NCBI GenBank assembly: GCA_965248195.1
Contig: CBDFIQ010000001.1
Coordinates: 736,001 to 800,000, forward strand
Length of the DNA: 64,000 nucleotides
Reading direction: 5' to 3'
Source: Longimicrobiales bacterium
GTDB taxonomy: Bacteria > Gemmatimonadota > Gemmatimonadetes > Longimicrobiales > Gaopeijiaceae
The translations under genes were made by a program, and so were the position numbers. Within the stretch, counting starts at the first letter, position 1; each line of letters begins with the position of its first letter. Positions 1 through 9,033 of the stretch are shown here, piece by piece. The notes beneath the pieces were generated by a model. The model ran no database searches and was not told the DNA's origin. It saw nothing but the letters and a program-made list of their open reading frames with translations.

Positions 1-28
1 ATCCAGCTCGAAAGCCGACCGCCTCCTG

Positions 29-1228
29 TTATGGTGGGCTGCGGCCTGCACTAGCCGCCGGAGCCGCGGCCCCCTGAAGCGCCTCGATCAAGGCGCCGAC
101 ATCGCTCTCGTCGTTGTAAACGTGGGGCGACACGCGCAACGCACTTCCCCGCAGCGACACGAAGATTTGTCGCGCCTCCAACTCCGCTTTCAGCGCCTCC
201 AACTCCAAGCCCTCCGGCATTCGCAGCCCGAACAGATGATCGGCCCGCCACTCGTCTTGCTCGACCGAAAAACCGAGCGAAACAGACGCGTCGATCAGTG
301 GAGCCGCCAACCTCCGGCAATAGTCCTGCACGGCGCCCGGACTCCACTGGAGGATCAAATCCAGCGACGCTTGAAGCATAGGATGAAGAATGAAATTCGC
401 GCGCTCTCCCATGTCGTACCGGATCGCGGCACCCGGCTGGTACTCGTTCTGGTAGTCAACCAAGCTCTTGAAGTGCTCGCTCCCCTTCCGCCCGAGCCAA
501 GTCTCTTCCAGAGGAATACCACCATCGAACCGAGGTCCGAGGTATGCCACGGCGGTGGAGTACGGGCCGAGCAGCCACTTGTAGGCCGCGACGATCAAGG
601 CGTCCGGCTGGATCTCGGAAACGTCGAACGGTAACGCACCGACCGACTGGGTTCCGTCGACCACCAGGGCCGCTCCCACCTCTCTCGCGCGCCGCCCGAT
701 GGCCCCCAGATCGAAGACAGTCCCATCGGTCCAGTGGACTTGCGGTAGGGTAACGACGGCCGTGTTCTGGTCGATCGCCTCGAGAATGCGCTCGTTCCAG
801 ACCGCACCACGAGTCGACTCATCGGGAGGAACCACCGTCTGGATCGCCGCCCCACAGTCCGCGGCTTTCCTACGCCATGCATAAACGTTCCCGGGAAACT
901 GCTCGTGGAGAAGAACGATGTTGTGACCCTTCTCCACGCCCAGATTACGAGCGGCCACAGCCACACCGTACGAAGCGGAGGGAATGATCGCGATGCGGCT
1001 CGGATCGGCCGCGCCTACGAGACGCGCGAAACGCGAGCGGATCTCATCACACCCGGCGAAGAAGTCGGAGGCATGGATGCCCATGGGCATCCGTTTTCGG
1101 CGCATTCCCTGGATGCCAGCCTCTTCAGAGACCCTCGGCAGCGGACCCATGTATGCACAGTTCAGATACCGGACATCACCCGGAAGGCCGAACTCTTCCC
1201 GTTGGCACTGGAGCCGATCTATTTTCAT
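29..1228 (-). CDS. Class V PLP-dependent aminotransferase (cysteine desulfurase/kynureninase-like)
   Basis: YLNCAYMGP, VDGTQSVGA, PLP-lysine motif AAYKWLLGP and LRVSPHVYN. Start moved to the ATG at 1228 (MKIDR). Confidence 0.85.
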   Translation of the reverse strand: MKIDRLQCQREEFGLPGDVRYLNCAYMGPLPRVSEEAGIQGMRRKRMPMGIHASDFFAGCDEIRSRFARLVGAADPSRIAIIPSASYGVAVAARNLGVEKGHNIVLLHEQFPGNVYAWRRKAADCGAAIQTVVPPDESTRGAVWNERILEAIDQNTAVVTLPQVHWTDGTVFDLGAIGRRAREVGAALVVDGTQSVGALPFDVSEIQPDALIVAAYKWLLGPYSTAVAYLGPRFDGGIPLEETWLGRKGSEHFKSLVDYQNEYQPGAAIRYDMGERANFILHPMLQASLDLILQWSPGAVQDYCRRLAAPLIDASVSLGFSVEQDEWRADHLFGLRMPEGLELEALKAELEARQIFVSLRGSALRVSPHVYNDESDVGALIEALQGAAAPAASAGRSPP

Positions 1229-1551
1229 CGCGTCGCTTCGGCGGCGGCGGTTTTTTTGGTGGCGAACCCCCTGGCGAGGATTCGCTCGGTCGTGATTCTC
1301 CTGCGGTGATTTTCTCCGCAGTACCCTCATAACCCGTAAAGATAGTGACAACTGCTGCCATGGTAAGCGGAATCAGCATAACGATTGACCGGCCCGCCGG
1401 CGCACGACGCCTTGCGGCCGATCCTGGTGGTGGCCCTCAAAGACCCACGAGCCAATCACCCCGGACCTAACTTGGCCGCGATAGACCGATCAGGTTATCG
1501 TTTGTGTCAGGCACGAACGAACGACTTGGTGTGGCCGCTTGAGGGAGAGAG

Positions 1552-2142
1552 GTGATGGGGCTTAGGACGAACCCTGATCGAATTCTAGAGAACATCGATC
1601 GCCAAAGGATCCGGGACGAGGAGGCTCAGGCCGGCCAGGACCGCCAGGCTGTCGGTCGGGAGCTGGAGACGGAAATCCCCGAGGTAGATGCGACGACGCC
1701 TGAGCGGATGAAGCGCATATTCGCCATCGTGAGGCGCAGCTACACGAAAGCGGCGTCGAATGTGGAACTCGGCAAGTTGGCTTCGCACTTCCGCGCAGTG
1801 GGCGACATTCCTACGCACCATGCCCGAGGCGACGTATCGGTTTCCATCCAGTACATCGATTCCGCTAGGCTCGACGACATCGGAATGGCCCCGTTCGAGA
1901 TTCTGCCGGAACGCCTCGTAGAAGCGAAGAAGGAAACCAAAACGAGCCGCCCCGACGTCAATGCGCTCAAGGTGCTCCGTAGGGAGATCCGCGATGGGGT
2001 GATGGCCGCGTACAGGAAGGTCGAACCGAGAGTTCGGGACGCGCTCCGAGACCGTGCCGACATGGGCCATGTCGCGGTGCAGGTGACCATGGACGTTCGG
2101 CCCGTAGAGGTAAGGCTACCAGAGGACGAGTCGATCCTCTAG
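1552..2142 (+). CDS. Hypothetical protein
   Basis: 196-aa ORF with natural composition and a strong upstream RBS (gagggagagagg). No family recognised. Confidence 0.7.
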   Translation: MMGLRTNPDRILENIDRQRIRDEEAQAGQDRQAVGRELETEIPEVDATTPERMKRIFAIVRRSYTKAASNVELGKLASHFRAVGDIPTHHARGDVSVSIQYIDSARLDDIGMAPFEILPERLVEAKKETKTSRPDVNALKVLRREIRDGVMAAYRKVEPRVRDALRDRADMGHVAVQVTMDVRPVEVRLPEDESIL

Positions 2143-2196
2143 AAGGCCTTCAACAGCCTTCCGGTCCCGTAGTCCGGATCCTGGGCCCGTGGGGTC

Positions 2197-3993
2197 ATGG
2201 CAACGCCCGTCGGGATACCCCAACGTGTCCCCATGCCCATACGACCTCTTCGGCTCGGCCAATCGCTGGTGCAGGCTGGACGGCTTGAAAAACGGCATCT
2301 GAGCGCAGCGCTGGACGAACAAAAAGGTTCTGGGCGGCGCCTCGGCGACATTCTCGTCCGAAGAGGGTACGTCGACGACAAGGCCGTTGCCCGCTCGTTA
2401 GCGGCTCAACTCAGGCTCCCCTTCGCCGAAGGACCTCTGATCTGCGAGCCCGAGGCCCAAGGGCTCGTAGACGCCGCGCTGGCCCGTGCTCGGGCCATTC
2501 TTCCGTTGTCGGCCACCGACCGCACCCTCCGGCTGGCCGTGTCCGACCCGCTGGACCAGGAGACGCTGCAGGAGGTTCGTTTCAGCACCCGACGCCACAT
2601 CGAGCCCGTCGTGGCCGCGCCGTCCACCATCGCTGAGGGCATCCGTACGGCATACGAAGGGGAGTTGGCCGAGTTGGTCGACAACCTTCCAGCGTGTGAC
2701 GCCGAATCAGAGGATGACCGGACGTTGAGAGCCGCTGCGGCCGCCGCGCCGGTCGTCCGGCTGGTGGATCACATCCTTCAACAGGCCGCAGCCTTGGGAG
2801 CCAGTGACATCCATCTCGAACCGTTCGCGGGTCGAGTGCGGATCCGGTACCGCATCGACGGTGTTCTGCGCCGCTCCCTTACTCTTCCAGGGAGTGGCCT
2901 CGCTTCCATCACATCACGCATCAAGGTGATGGCGGGAATGGATATCTCCGTCAAGAGACGGCCGCAGGATGGCGGTCTCAGTGTCGATCACGCGGGTGGA
3001 GCCCTCAGGATTCGGGTGTCGGCCTTGCCTGTGGCAGGGGGTGAAAAAGTCGTCCTGAGGCTTTTGGATCCGCTCCAGGTGCCTCGGAACCTCGACGCAC
3101 TCGGGCTCTCGGAGCGCGACGCCTCCCTTCTACGGCGACTCGGCCGGGCAGGGCAAGGCGTGATCCTCGCTGCCGGGCCGACCGGAAGTGGAAAGAGTAG
3201 CAGTCTCTTTGCAGCTCTTGCCGAGTTGAACCAGGAGGGGCTCAATGTGGTCACGCTCGAAGATCCCATGGAGTACCAGATCCCCGGGATCAATCAGGTC
3301 CAGGTGACCCCACTCACGGGTCTGACGTTTCCCGTGGGCCTCCGCGCCATCCTCCGGCAGGATCCAGACGTAGTAATGGTCGGTGAAATCCGGGATCGGG
3401 AGACCGCGGAGATCGCCATGGGTGCCGCCGTTACAGGCCATCTGGTGCTGTCCACGATTCATGCGAACGACGCCCCGGGGGCCATCACCAGGCTTCTCCA
3501 CATGGGGGTGCCGCCCCATTTGGTGGCAGGTGGTCTGAGTGGCGTTGTGGCTCAGCGGCTCGTGCGGACCTTCTGTCGGCTCTGCCGCGGCAGGGACTCC
3601 GAAGCCTGTACCCGGTGCTCAGATGGGTACTCGGGCCGGACCGGAGTCTTCCAACTGCTGGCGATGAACGACGCGATTCGCGACCAGATCATGCGTGGCG
3701 CTTCGACGTCCGATCTGGGGCGGCTCGCTTCCGAGAGCGGTATGGCGTCCCTCACGGAAGACGTGAGCCGGAAGGTGGCCGAAGGCCTCACTTCACCGCA
3801 CGAAGCGGCTCGGGTCATACAGAGCGACGTGGGATCCGCCGCACCGTGCCCGGACTGTGCCGGGGAGGTGCCGTGGGATGCCCTCGGCTGTCCACACTGT
3901 GGGCGCGTGACGCGGCGCCTTTGTACCTGTGGAGCCGTCGTGAGAAGGAGGTGGAGATTCTGCGCCGCCTGCCTGCGGCCCGCAGCCGCTTAG
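2197..3993 (+). CDS. GspE/PilB-family secretion ATPase with N-terminal MshEN domain and C-terminal double zinc ribbon
   Basis: Tandem RLG..LV..G motifs, ASDIHLEP, Walker A GPTGSGKS, TLEDPMEY, LRQDPDVVMVGEIRD, TGHLVLSTIH and C-terminal CxxC pairs. Start may be 2233. Confidence 0.9.
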   Translation: MATPVGIPQRVPMPIRPLRLGQSLVQAGRLEKRHLSAALDEQKGSGRRLGDILVRRGYVDDKAVARSLAAQLRLPFAEGPLICEPEAQGLVDAALARARAILPLSATDRTLRLAVSDPLDQETLQEVRFSTRRHIEPVVAAPSTIAEGIRTAYEGELAELVDNLPACDAESEDDRTLRAAAAAAPVVRLVDHILQQAAALGASDIHLEPFAGRVRIRYRIDGVLRRSLTLPGSGLASITSRIKVMAGMDISVKRRPQDGGLSVDHAGGALRIRVSALPVAGGEKVVLRLLDPLQVPRNLDALGLSERDASLLRRLGRAGQGVILAAGPTGSGKSSSLFAALAELNQEGLNVVTLEDPMEYQIPGINQVQVTPLTGLTFPVGLRAILRQDPDVVMVGEIRDRETAEIAMGAAVTGHLVLSTIHANDAPGAITRLLHMGVPPHLVAGGLSGVVAQRLVRTFCRLCRGRDSEACTRCSDGYSGRTGVFQLLAMNDAIRDQIMRGASTSDLGRLASESGMASLTEDVSRKVAEGLTSPHEAARVIQSDVGSAAPCPDCAGEVPWDALGCPHCGRVTRRLCTCGAVVRRRWRFCAACLRPAAA

Positions 3994-4023
3994 TGTCCTG
4001 GGTCGAATTTCGGACTCAGCCTT

Positions 4024-4734
4024 CTAGTACGGGGATATTTCTCTAAGAAGACGACCGACTGGATCGCCTGACGTCGGCCAAAAATGCCGATCGGAGATCC
4101 GATTCAGTGCGGTGCGGACGGCGCTGAACTGATCCGCCACATCCCGCAGGACGGTGTCCATCCCGAGCTCCCCGGCTTCGAGACTCTCCGATGCGCCACG
4201 GTAACCGGTCGCTCCCAGCTTCTCGAAGTAGGAGATCGGTGGCGCTCCTTTCCGGCGGGTCCGTGCTTCGAGATAGTCCGGAAACAGTCCCGACATCCAG
4301 AGCGCGAAGTCCCCCATGTGCACGCGCAGGAGAAAACGCTGCCGCCCACCGGCGCTTCAGAGCTCCGCGATGATATCGGTCAGGTAGTGGAATTCGCTGT
4401 CGTCTTCGTCAGAAATTCGATACGCACGCCGAGCTCGACCGAACGAAAACAGCATCGATGCGACGTAGTCGGAGGTGTTCTCATCGTCGATCCCTCCCTC
4501 CAGCAGAGCTTGCCGCACGAGTACGTAGAAGATGACTGGGGGAGGGATGGAGACGTCGGCGTCGGTGAGCAAAGCGTTTCGGATCCTCGGGTCGTCCAAT
4601 AGACTCCCAATCCCGCTTTCTTCGATACGGAGACGCGCGGCCTCACCCAACTCCGGGTCTTCTCGCCCCAGGAGGTGTACCAACTGCTGTGCGTCGCTTC
4701 GACTCAGGGAGGCGCGAATCGTGGGTAAAATCAT
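4024..4734 (-). pseudogene. Hypothetical protein interrupted by an in-frame TGA at 4357-4359
   Basis: ORFs 4357-4734 and 4024-4323 share one frame: ...TDIIAEL*SAGGRQRFLLRVHMGDF... An RBS (aaggag) precedes 4734. Confidence 0.7.
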
Positions 4735-4898
4735 GACTCGCTCCTTTTTTATGTTCGAGGTCTTTCATCGTGTCCCTTATCTAATCCTCGACACCTCCCA
4801 AAAAGATTCAACGATTTTTGTGGAGCACGTCCTGGCCCAGACGCGCGTAATACTGGGGATGCCTGCCTGGAAAGCCACGATCTCACTGCACGATCCCG

Positions 4899-5999
4899 TT
4901 AGAAATCGGCCTGTCGCACGGCCCAAGCGTCGAGAAGGTCCTCCCGAACGTTCACGCCAATACCGGGCCCGGACGGGACGGAAACCGTCCCTCCGTCGAG
5001 GACGAACTCCGGGGTCACGATGTCCTCGCTCCAATAACGTCGGCTCGCGGAAATGTCCCCCGGGAGTGTGAATCCGGGGAGGGTAGCCAAGGCGACGTTA
5101 TGGGCCCGTCCGACCCCCGACTCGAGCATCCCCCCACACCAGACAGGCATCTCGTGGTCGACGCACAGGTCGTGGATGGCCTTCGCGGAGGAGAGGCCGC
5201 CTACGCGACCCGGCTTGATGTTGATGATTCGGCACGCCCCGAGTTCGAGGGCAAGGGCAGCGTCTCGGACCGACCGTATGGATTCGTCGAGACAGATGGG
5301 AGTCTGCATTTCACCCTGGAGGCGTGCGTGGTCGAGGTAGTCGTCATGTGCGAGCGGTTGCTCGATCATCATGAGACCGAGTTCGTCCAACTCCCTCAGG
5401 TGGGGCAGATCCTCGAGCGAATACGCCGAATTGGCGTCCGCCATGAGTGGAACCTCCGGAAATCGGTCCCGTAGCCCCCGGAGCATTCTGACGTCCCGCC
5501 CCGGCTTGATCTTGACCTTGATGCGCGCATACCCCTCCTCGATGTAGTCGGCGACCTTCCGGTGCAACTCATCGTCGGTCCCTTGAAGGCCGACGCTGAC
5601 ACCCACGGGAACGGAGTCGCGCACGCCCCCAATCAGGGAGGCCAACGAGCCACCACACCCCTTCGCCTCCAAGTCCCATGCGGCCATCTCCACGGCTGCC
5701 TTCGCCATGCGATGGCCACGAATTCCCTCAAAAACAGGAAGCAGATCAGCGGACGATTCCATCACGGAGCCCGATACCCTCGGCAGGATCAGGCCCGTAA
5801 GAATCGACCAAGCCGTGTCGGTGGTCTCGTACGAATAAGCGGGCGTTTCGCCGGCCACACACTCTCCCCAGGCGACGATCCCCCCGGAATGCAGCGCCAC
5901 GAGGAGCACCCGCCTGTGGTGGGAGACGCCGCTCGAGATCTCGAATGGCTCGCGGAGCTGCATTCGGATTTCGCGTATTTCGACACGGTCGATCTTCAC
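4899..5999 (-). CDS. menC: o-succinylbenzoate synthase / N-succinylamino acid racemase (enolase superfamily, NSAR/OSBS subfamily)
   Basis: KVKIKPG, DANSAY, MIEQPL, LDES, INIKPGRVGG and WCGGMLESG. GTG start at 5999 (VKIDRVE). Confidence 0.9.
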   Translation of the reverse strand: MKIDRVEIREIRMQLREPFEISSGVSHHRRVLLVALHSGGIVAWGECVAGETPAYSYETTDTAWSILTGLILPRVSGSVMESSADLLPVFEGIRGHRMAKAAVEMAAWDLEAKGCGGSLASLIGGVRDSVPVGVSVGLQGTDDELHRKVADYIEEGYARIKVKIKPGRDVRMLRGLRDRFPEVPLMADANSAYSLEDLPHLRELDELGLMMIEQPLAHDDYLDHARLQGEMQTPICLDESIRSVRDAALALELGACRIINIKPGRVGGLSSAKAIHDLCVDHEMPVWCGGMLESGVGRAHNVALATLPGFTLPGDISASRRYWSEDIVTPEFVLDGGTVSVPSGPGIGVNVREDLLDAWAVRQADF

Positions 6000-6051
6000 T
6001 TGAGTCTCTCTCGGAAGGCCGAGGCTGCGATTCTGCGGCTCCGGCCGCGAC

Positions 6052-6912
6052 TTAGAATCCTTCGGAAACCAGTAGGTACTCCCCGTACCCGTCCCGCTTG
6101 TAAATCTCGCGGGCTTCAAACCCTCGTTCCAGATACGTCGACAGGACCGAACGCGTGGCGGTTCGCCAGCGCAGGGCGGCCTCGAGGGAGGCGTCTCTGA
6201 CCGCCTGGATCGACTGCGGAATCGGGACCAATAGCCGGTCATCGTCGATGGCGAGATCCGGCTCCCCCGGGAGGTCCAGACCTCCCTCTCGCTGGACCGC
6301 GAACGTCCGCTGCGCCCCCCGGTCTGCACCCGGATCCGGGCCGGCCCGCCCCTCCACGAGCCGCTGGGTCACTCGGGGAGAGTCCATCGCCCAGGTCGCG
6401 ACGAATCGGTCGGTGCCGATCCCCCGATGGAGGGGAGAGTCCGTCTGGCCGTACATGTCCCGGACATACTCCCCTGCCACAGCCCCGAGCTTGTTGAGAT
6501 TGAGATGCGCGTTCTTGGCCTCGAGGGGATCGAACGTCCAGTGCATGCGTATGACCCCCCTGGAAATGAGCTCATCCCGCTGATAGGCCTTGAGGCGCGT
6601 GCCGAGCCCGGCGTCCTCTAACTCCGCGCGAACCGCAAGCATGTCAGACCAGTGGACGATCTGCCCCTCCTGTACCCCTGTCATACCGAAGACAAACCCT
6701 GCCAACTCACCCTCTGCATCGTAAGCGCCGGCCGCGATCCCCCCGAGGCGTTGGCTCACCTTGAGGATGGCTACCGCCACAAGATCGGAGAAGCCTTTCC
6801 CCCAAGTCTCCTCCTGAAAGCGGACGCACTCCTTGAACTCGTCGATGGAGGCAAAGGGGCGGATCGTGAAATGGGAACCCACGAGCGTACTCCTGGAATT
6901 CGAAGTCAGCAT
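6052..6912 (-). CDS. GNAT-family N-acyltransferase (succinyltransferase-like, NSAR partner)
   Basis: HWSDMLAV, GLGTRLK, WTFDPLEAKNAHLNLNKLG and GTDRF. Adjacent to the NSAR/OSBS gene. Confidence 0.85.
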   Translation of the reverse strand: MLTSNSRSTLVGSHFTIRPFASIDEFKECVRFQEETWGKGFSDLVAVAILKVSQRLGGIAAGAYDAEGELAGFVFGMTGVQEGQIVHWSDMLAVRAELEDAGLGTRLKAYQRDELISRGVIRMHWTFDPLEAKNAHLNLNKLGAVAGEYVRDMYGQTDSPLHRGIGTDRFVATWAMDSPRVTQRLVEGRAGPDPGADRGAQRTFAVQREGGLDLPGEPDLAIDDDRLLVPIPQSIQAVRDASLEAALRWRTATRSVLSTYLERGFEAREIYKRDGYGEYLLVSEGF

Positions 6913-6956
6913 CGAAACTTGCGGCAATCGATGGCTGCAGACCAGCTTGGCCTGGA

Positions 6957-7832
6957 ATGGCACTCACACCCCTTTCACCGACCAGGATGATCACAAGGCA
7001 TAACGTCGACGCTGATGGGCATCCCATCGCCGTTTGGGAGAAAAGCTCGTCGGAGGCGCGCGGGGCGATCGTCCTACTTCACGGACGCACCTGGAGTGCC
7101 CGTCCCAACTACGATCTACAGGTGCCAGGCGAGGACCTGTCGCTGATGGACGGGTTGGTCGAGGCGGGGTACTCGGCGTTCGCAATCGATTTCAGAGGCT
7201 ACGGCGAAACTCCCCGGGACGAGACCGGATGGCTGAGCCCGGATCGCGCCGCACGGGATCTCAAGGCCGTGCTGGAGCATGTGGGGCACCTCACTGAAGG
7301 TGGGCCGAGGCCTGCGCTTCTCGGTTGGTCACGCGGCTCTAAGGTGGCTCAACTCACTGTCCAACGCTGGCCGGATCTGGTTTCGTCCCTCGTGTTTTTC
7401 GGCTATTCCCCGACGTTTGCTGGAGCGCCACTGGCGGATGGCGAAGGGGACACACCGCCGGCTGCGGCCCCGAACAGTGCGGCCGCCGCTGCGAGCGATT
7501 TCATCACGCCCGGATCGATCAGCCAGGTTGCCATCGACGCGTATGTGCAGGCGGCAATGGACGCGGACCCGGTGCGCGTGGACTGGCGAGGGGCGCGCGA
7601 ATGGGATGAGCTCGATCCCAAGCAGGTGAGCGTACCCACACTCCTTCTTCATGCCGAGTTCGACCCCATCGCGACGCCTGAGCAACGTGCCTCGTTATTC
7701 GGCGCGTTGGGAGCGGCCGAACGCGAATCGCTCGAGGTGCCGGGTGGGGACCACATGGCCTTTCTCGAGTCTTGCCGCCCCCAGTTCTTGAAGGCCCTCG
7801 TGGGGTTCTTGGATCGGCACCCAGGCGGTTGA
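6957..7832 (+). CDS. Alpha/beta-fold hydrolase
   Basis: LLHG, DFRGYG, nucleophile elbow GWSRG, FDP and GDHM. Confidence 0.85.
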   Translation: MALTPLSPTRMITRHNVDADGHPIAVWEKSSSEARGAIVLLHGRTWSARPNYDLQVPGEDLSLMDGLVEAGYSAFAIDFRGYGETPRDETGWLSPDRAARDLKAVLEHVGHLTEGGPRPALLGWSRGSKVAQLTVQRWPDLVSSLVFFGYSPTFAGAPLADGEGDTPPAAAPNSAAAAASDFITPGSISQVAIDAYVQAAMDADPVRVDWRGAREWDELDPKQVSVPTLLLHAEFDPIATPEQRASLFGALGAAERESLEVPGGDHMAFLESCRPQFLKALVGFLDRHPGG

Positions 7833-7842
7833 GGCGGCGCCC

Positions 7843-9033
7843 TCACCCTTCGAGCGGGGGCATCATGAGAATGAGGGCCAAAAGGGTCGTTCTCTCGAGA
7901 AGCTTGCTCACGCGGACATGCTCGTGGTTGGCGTGAGCACCGTCCCCCACGGCGCCCAATCCATCCACCGTCGCGGTAAAGAGACTCGTCGTGTTTCCGT
8001 CCGACGCACCGCCGGATTTGGCACCCTCGAGCTCGAGACCCAAGCGCCTCCCGCAACCCTGAACCGCCTCCCACAGAATCCGGTTTCGTGGAGTTGCCTC
8101 CATCGGATTGCGGTCGAGGACCAACTCCACCTCCAGCCGAGTACCTGGCGTGGTCGCCTCCAGACCCAGGATGACATCGTTGACCCATCGACCGTCGGCC
8201 AGCGTGGCTACTCTCACGTCCACTGTGGCGCGGCACTCTCCGGCAACGACGTTTACGCGCGTCCCGCCTGAAACGGTCCCAACGTTGACCGTTATGCCCC
8301 GCTCGGAATCGGTCAACGCATGAAGGGCCTGGATGACGAGGGCCATCTCCTGGATCGCACTCGCACCCTCCTCGGGTGCGAGACCCGAGTGCGAGGCGCG
8401 CCCGACGACCCGGATCTCGAAGCGCCCCACACCGCGACGCGTCGTTTTGATGAGCCCCTCGGGGCCGAGGGCCGGCTCCAGCACAAGGACCCGACTCGAC
8501 ACCTGGGCCAACCACTCGACGTGACCCTGTGATTCGGGGCTGCCGATTTCCTCGTCGGAGTTCAGGAAGATCGTAGGAGCGACGGTCGGCTCGAGCCCGA
8601 GCGCCGAAAGGGCCTCGAGAGCAAATACCATCTGGACAATCCCGGCCTTCATGTCGAAGACTCCCGGACCCCGAATGACGTCCTCCCCTTCGTTCCACTC
8701 CGTCGGCATGCCCTGCAGCGTACCGATCGGCCACACCGTGTCCGTGTGTCCCATCAGAAGCTGGACCGGTGTGCCCTCGTGGGCATGCCTCGCCTCCCCG
8801 GGCGCCTCGTCGCGCGACAGGTAGAGGTGGCCGCCCGTTTTTTCGCCGGGAAAGAGCCGGGCCCCGAAGCCAATCGCCCTGAGCCGCCGAGTCAAAAGCT
8901 CCTGAATGGCGTGCTGAGACTCGGGCACCAGGGAAGGGGACTCCAAATTGACCAATTCCATGAGCAGACTGACGATGTCGTCTCGCCGCTCAGCGAGGAA
9001 GTCCCCGACGCCCGTGACCTCAAGGTCCGGCAT
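7843..9033 (-). CDS. M20-family metallopeptidase/amidohydrolase
   Basis: GHTDTVW, GVFDMKAG, SDEEIGS, GGASDGN and GAHANHE. Confidence 0.9.
   Translation of the reverse strand: MPDLEVTGVGDFLAERRDDIVSLLMELVNLESPSLVPESQHAIQELLTRRLRAIGFGARLFPGEKTGGHLYLSRDEAPGEARHAHEGTPVQLLMGHTDTVWPIGTLQGMPTEWNEGEDVIRGPGVFDMKAGIVQMVFALEALSALGLEPTVAPTIFLNSDEEIGSPESQGHVEWLAQVSSRVLVLEPALGPEGLIKTTRRGVGRFEIRVVGRASHSGLAPEEGASAIQEMALVIQALHALTDSERGITVNVGTVSGGTRVNVVAGECRATVDVRVATLADGRWVNDVILGLEATTPGTRLEVELVLDRNPMEATPRNRILWEAVQGCGRRLGLELEGAKSGGASDGNTTSLFTATVDGLGAVGDGAHANHEHVRVSKLLERTTLLALILMMPPLEG

Noticed and set aside
1270..1325. Glycine-riboswitch-like words on the - strand (GGAGA..CACCGcAGGAG..CAGG)
   Set aside because: No P2 stem, and the core CCGAAG and CTCTCAGG motifs are mismatched. 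An Rfam/Infernal search would be needed.
4357..4359. TGA as selenocysteine or genome-wide TGA recoding
   Set aside because: No redox-Cys context or convincing SECIS. Many conserved genes here end at TGA with ATGA/GTGA coupling.
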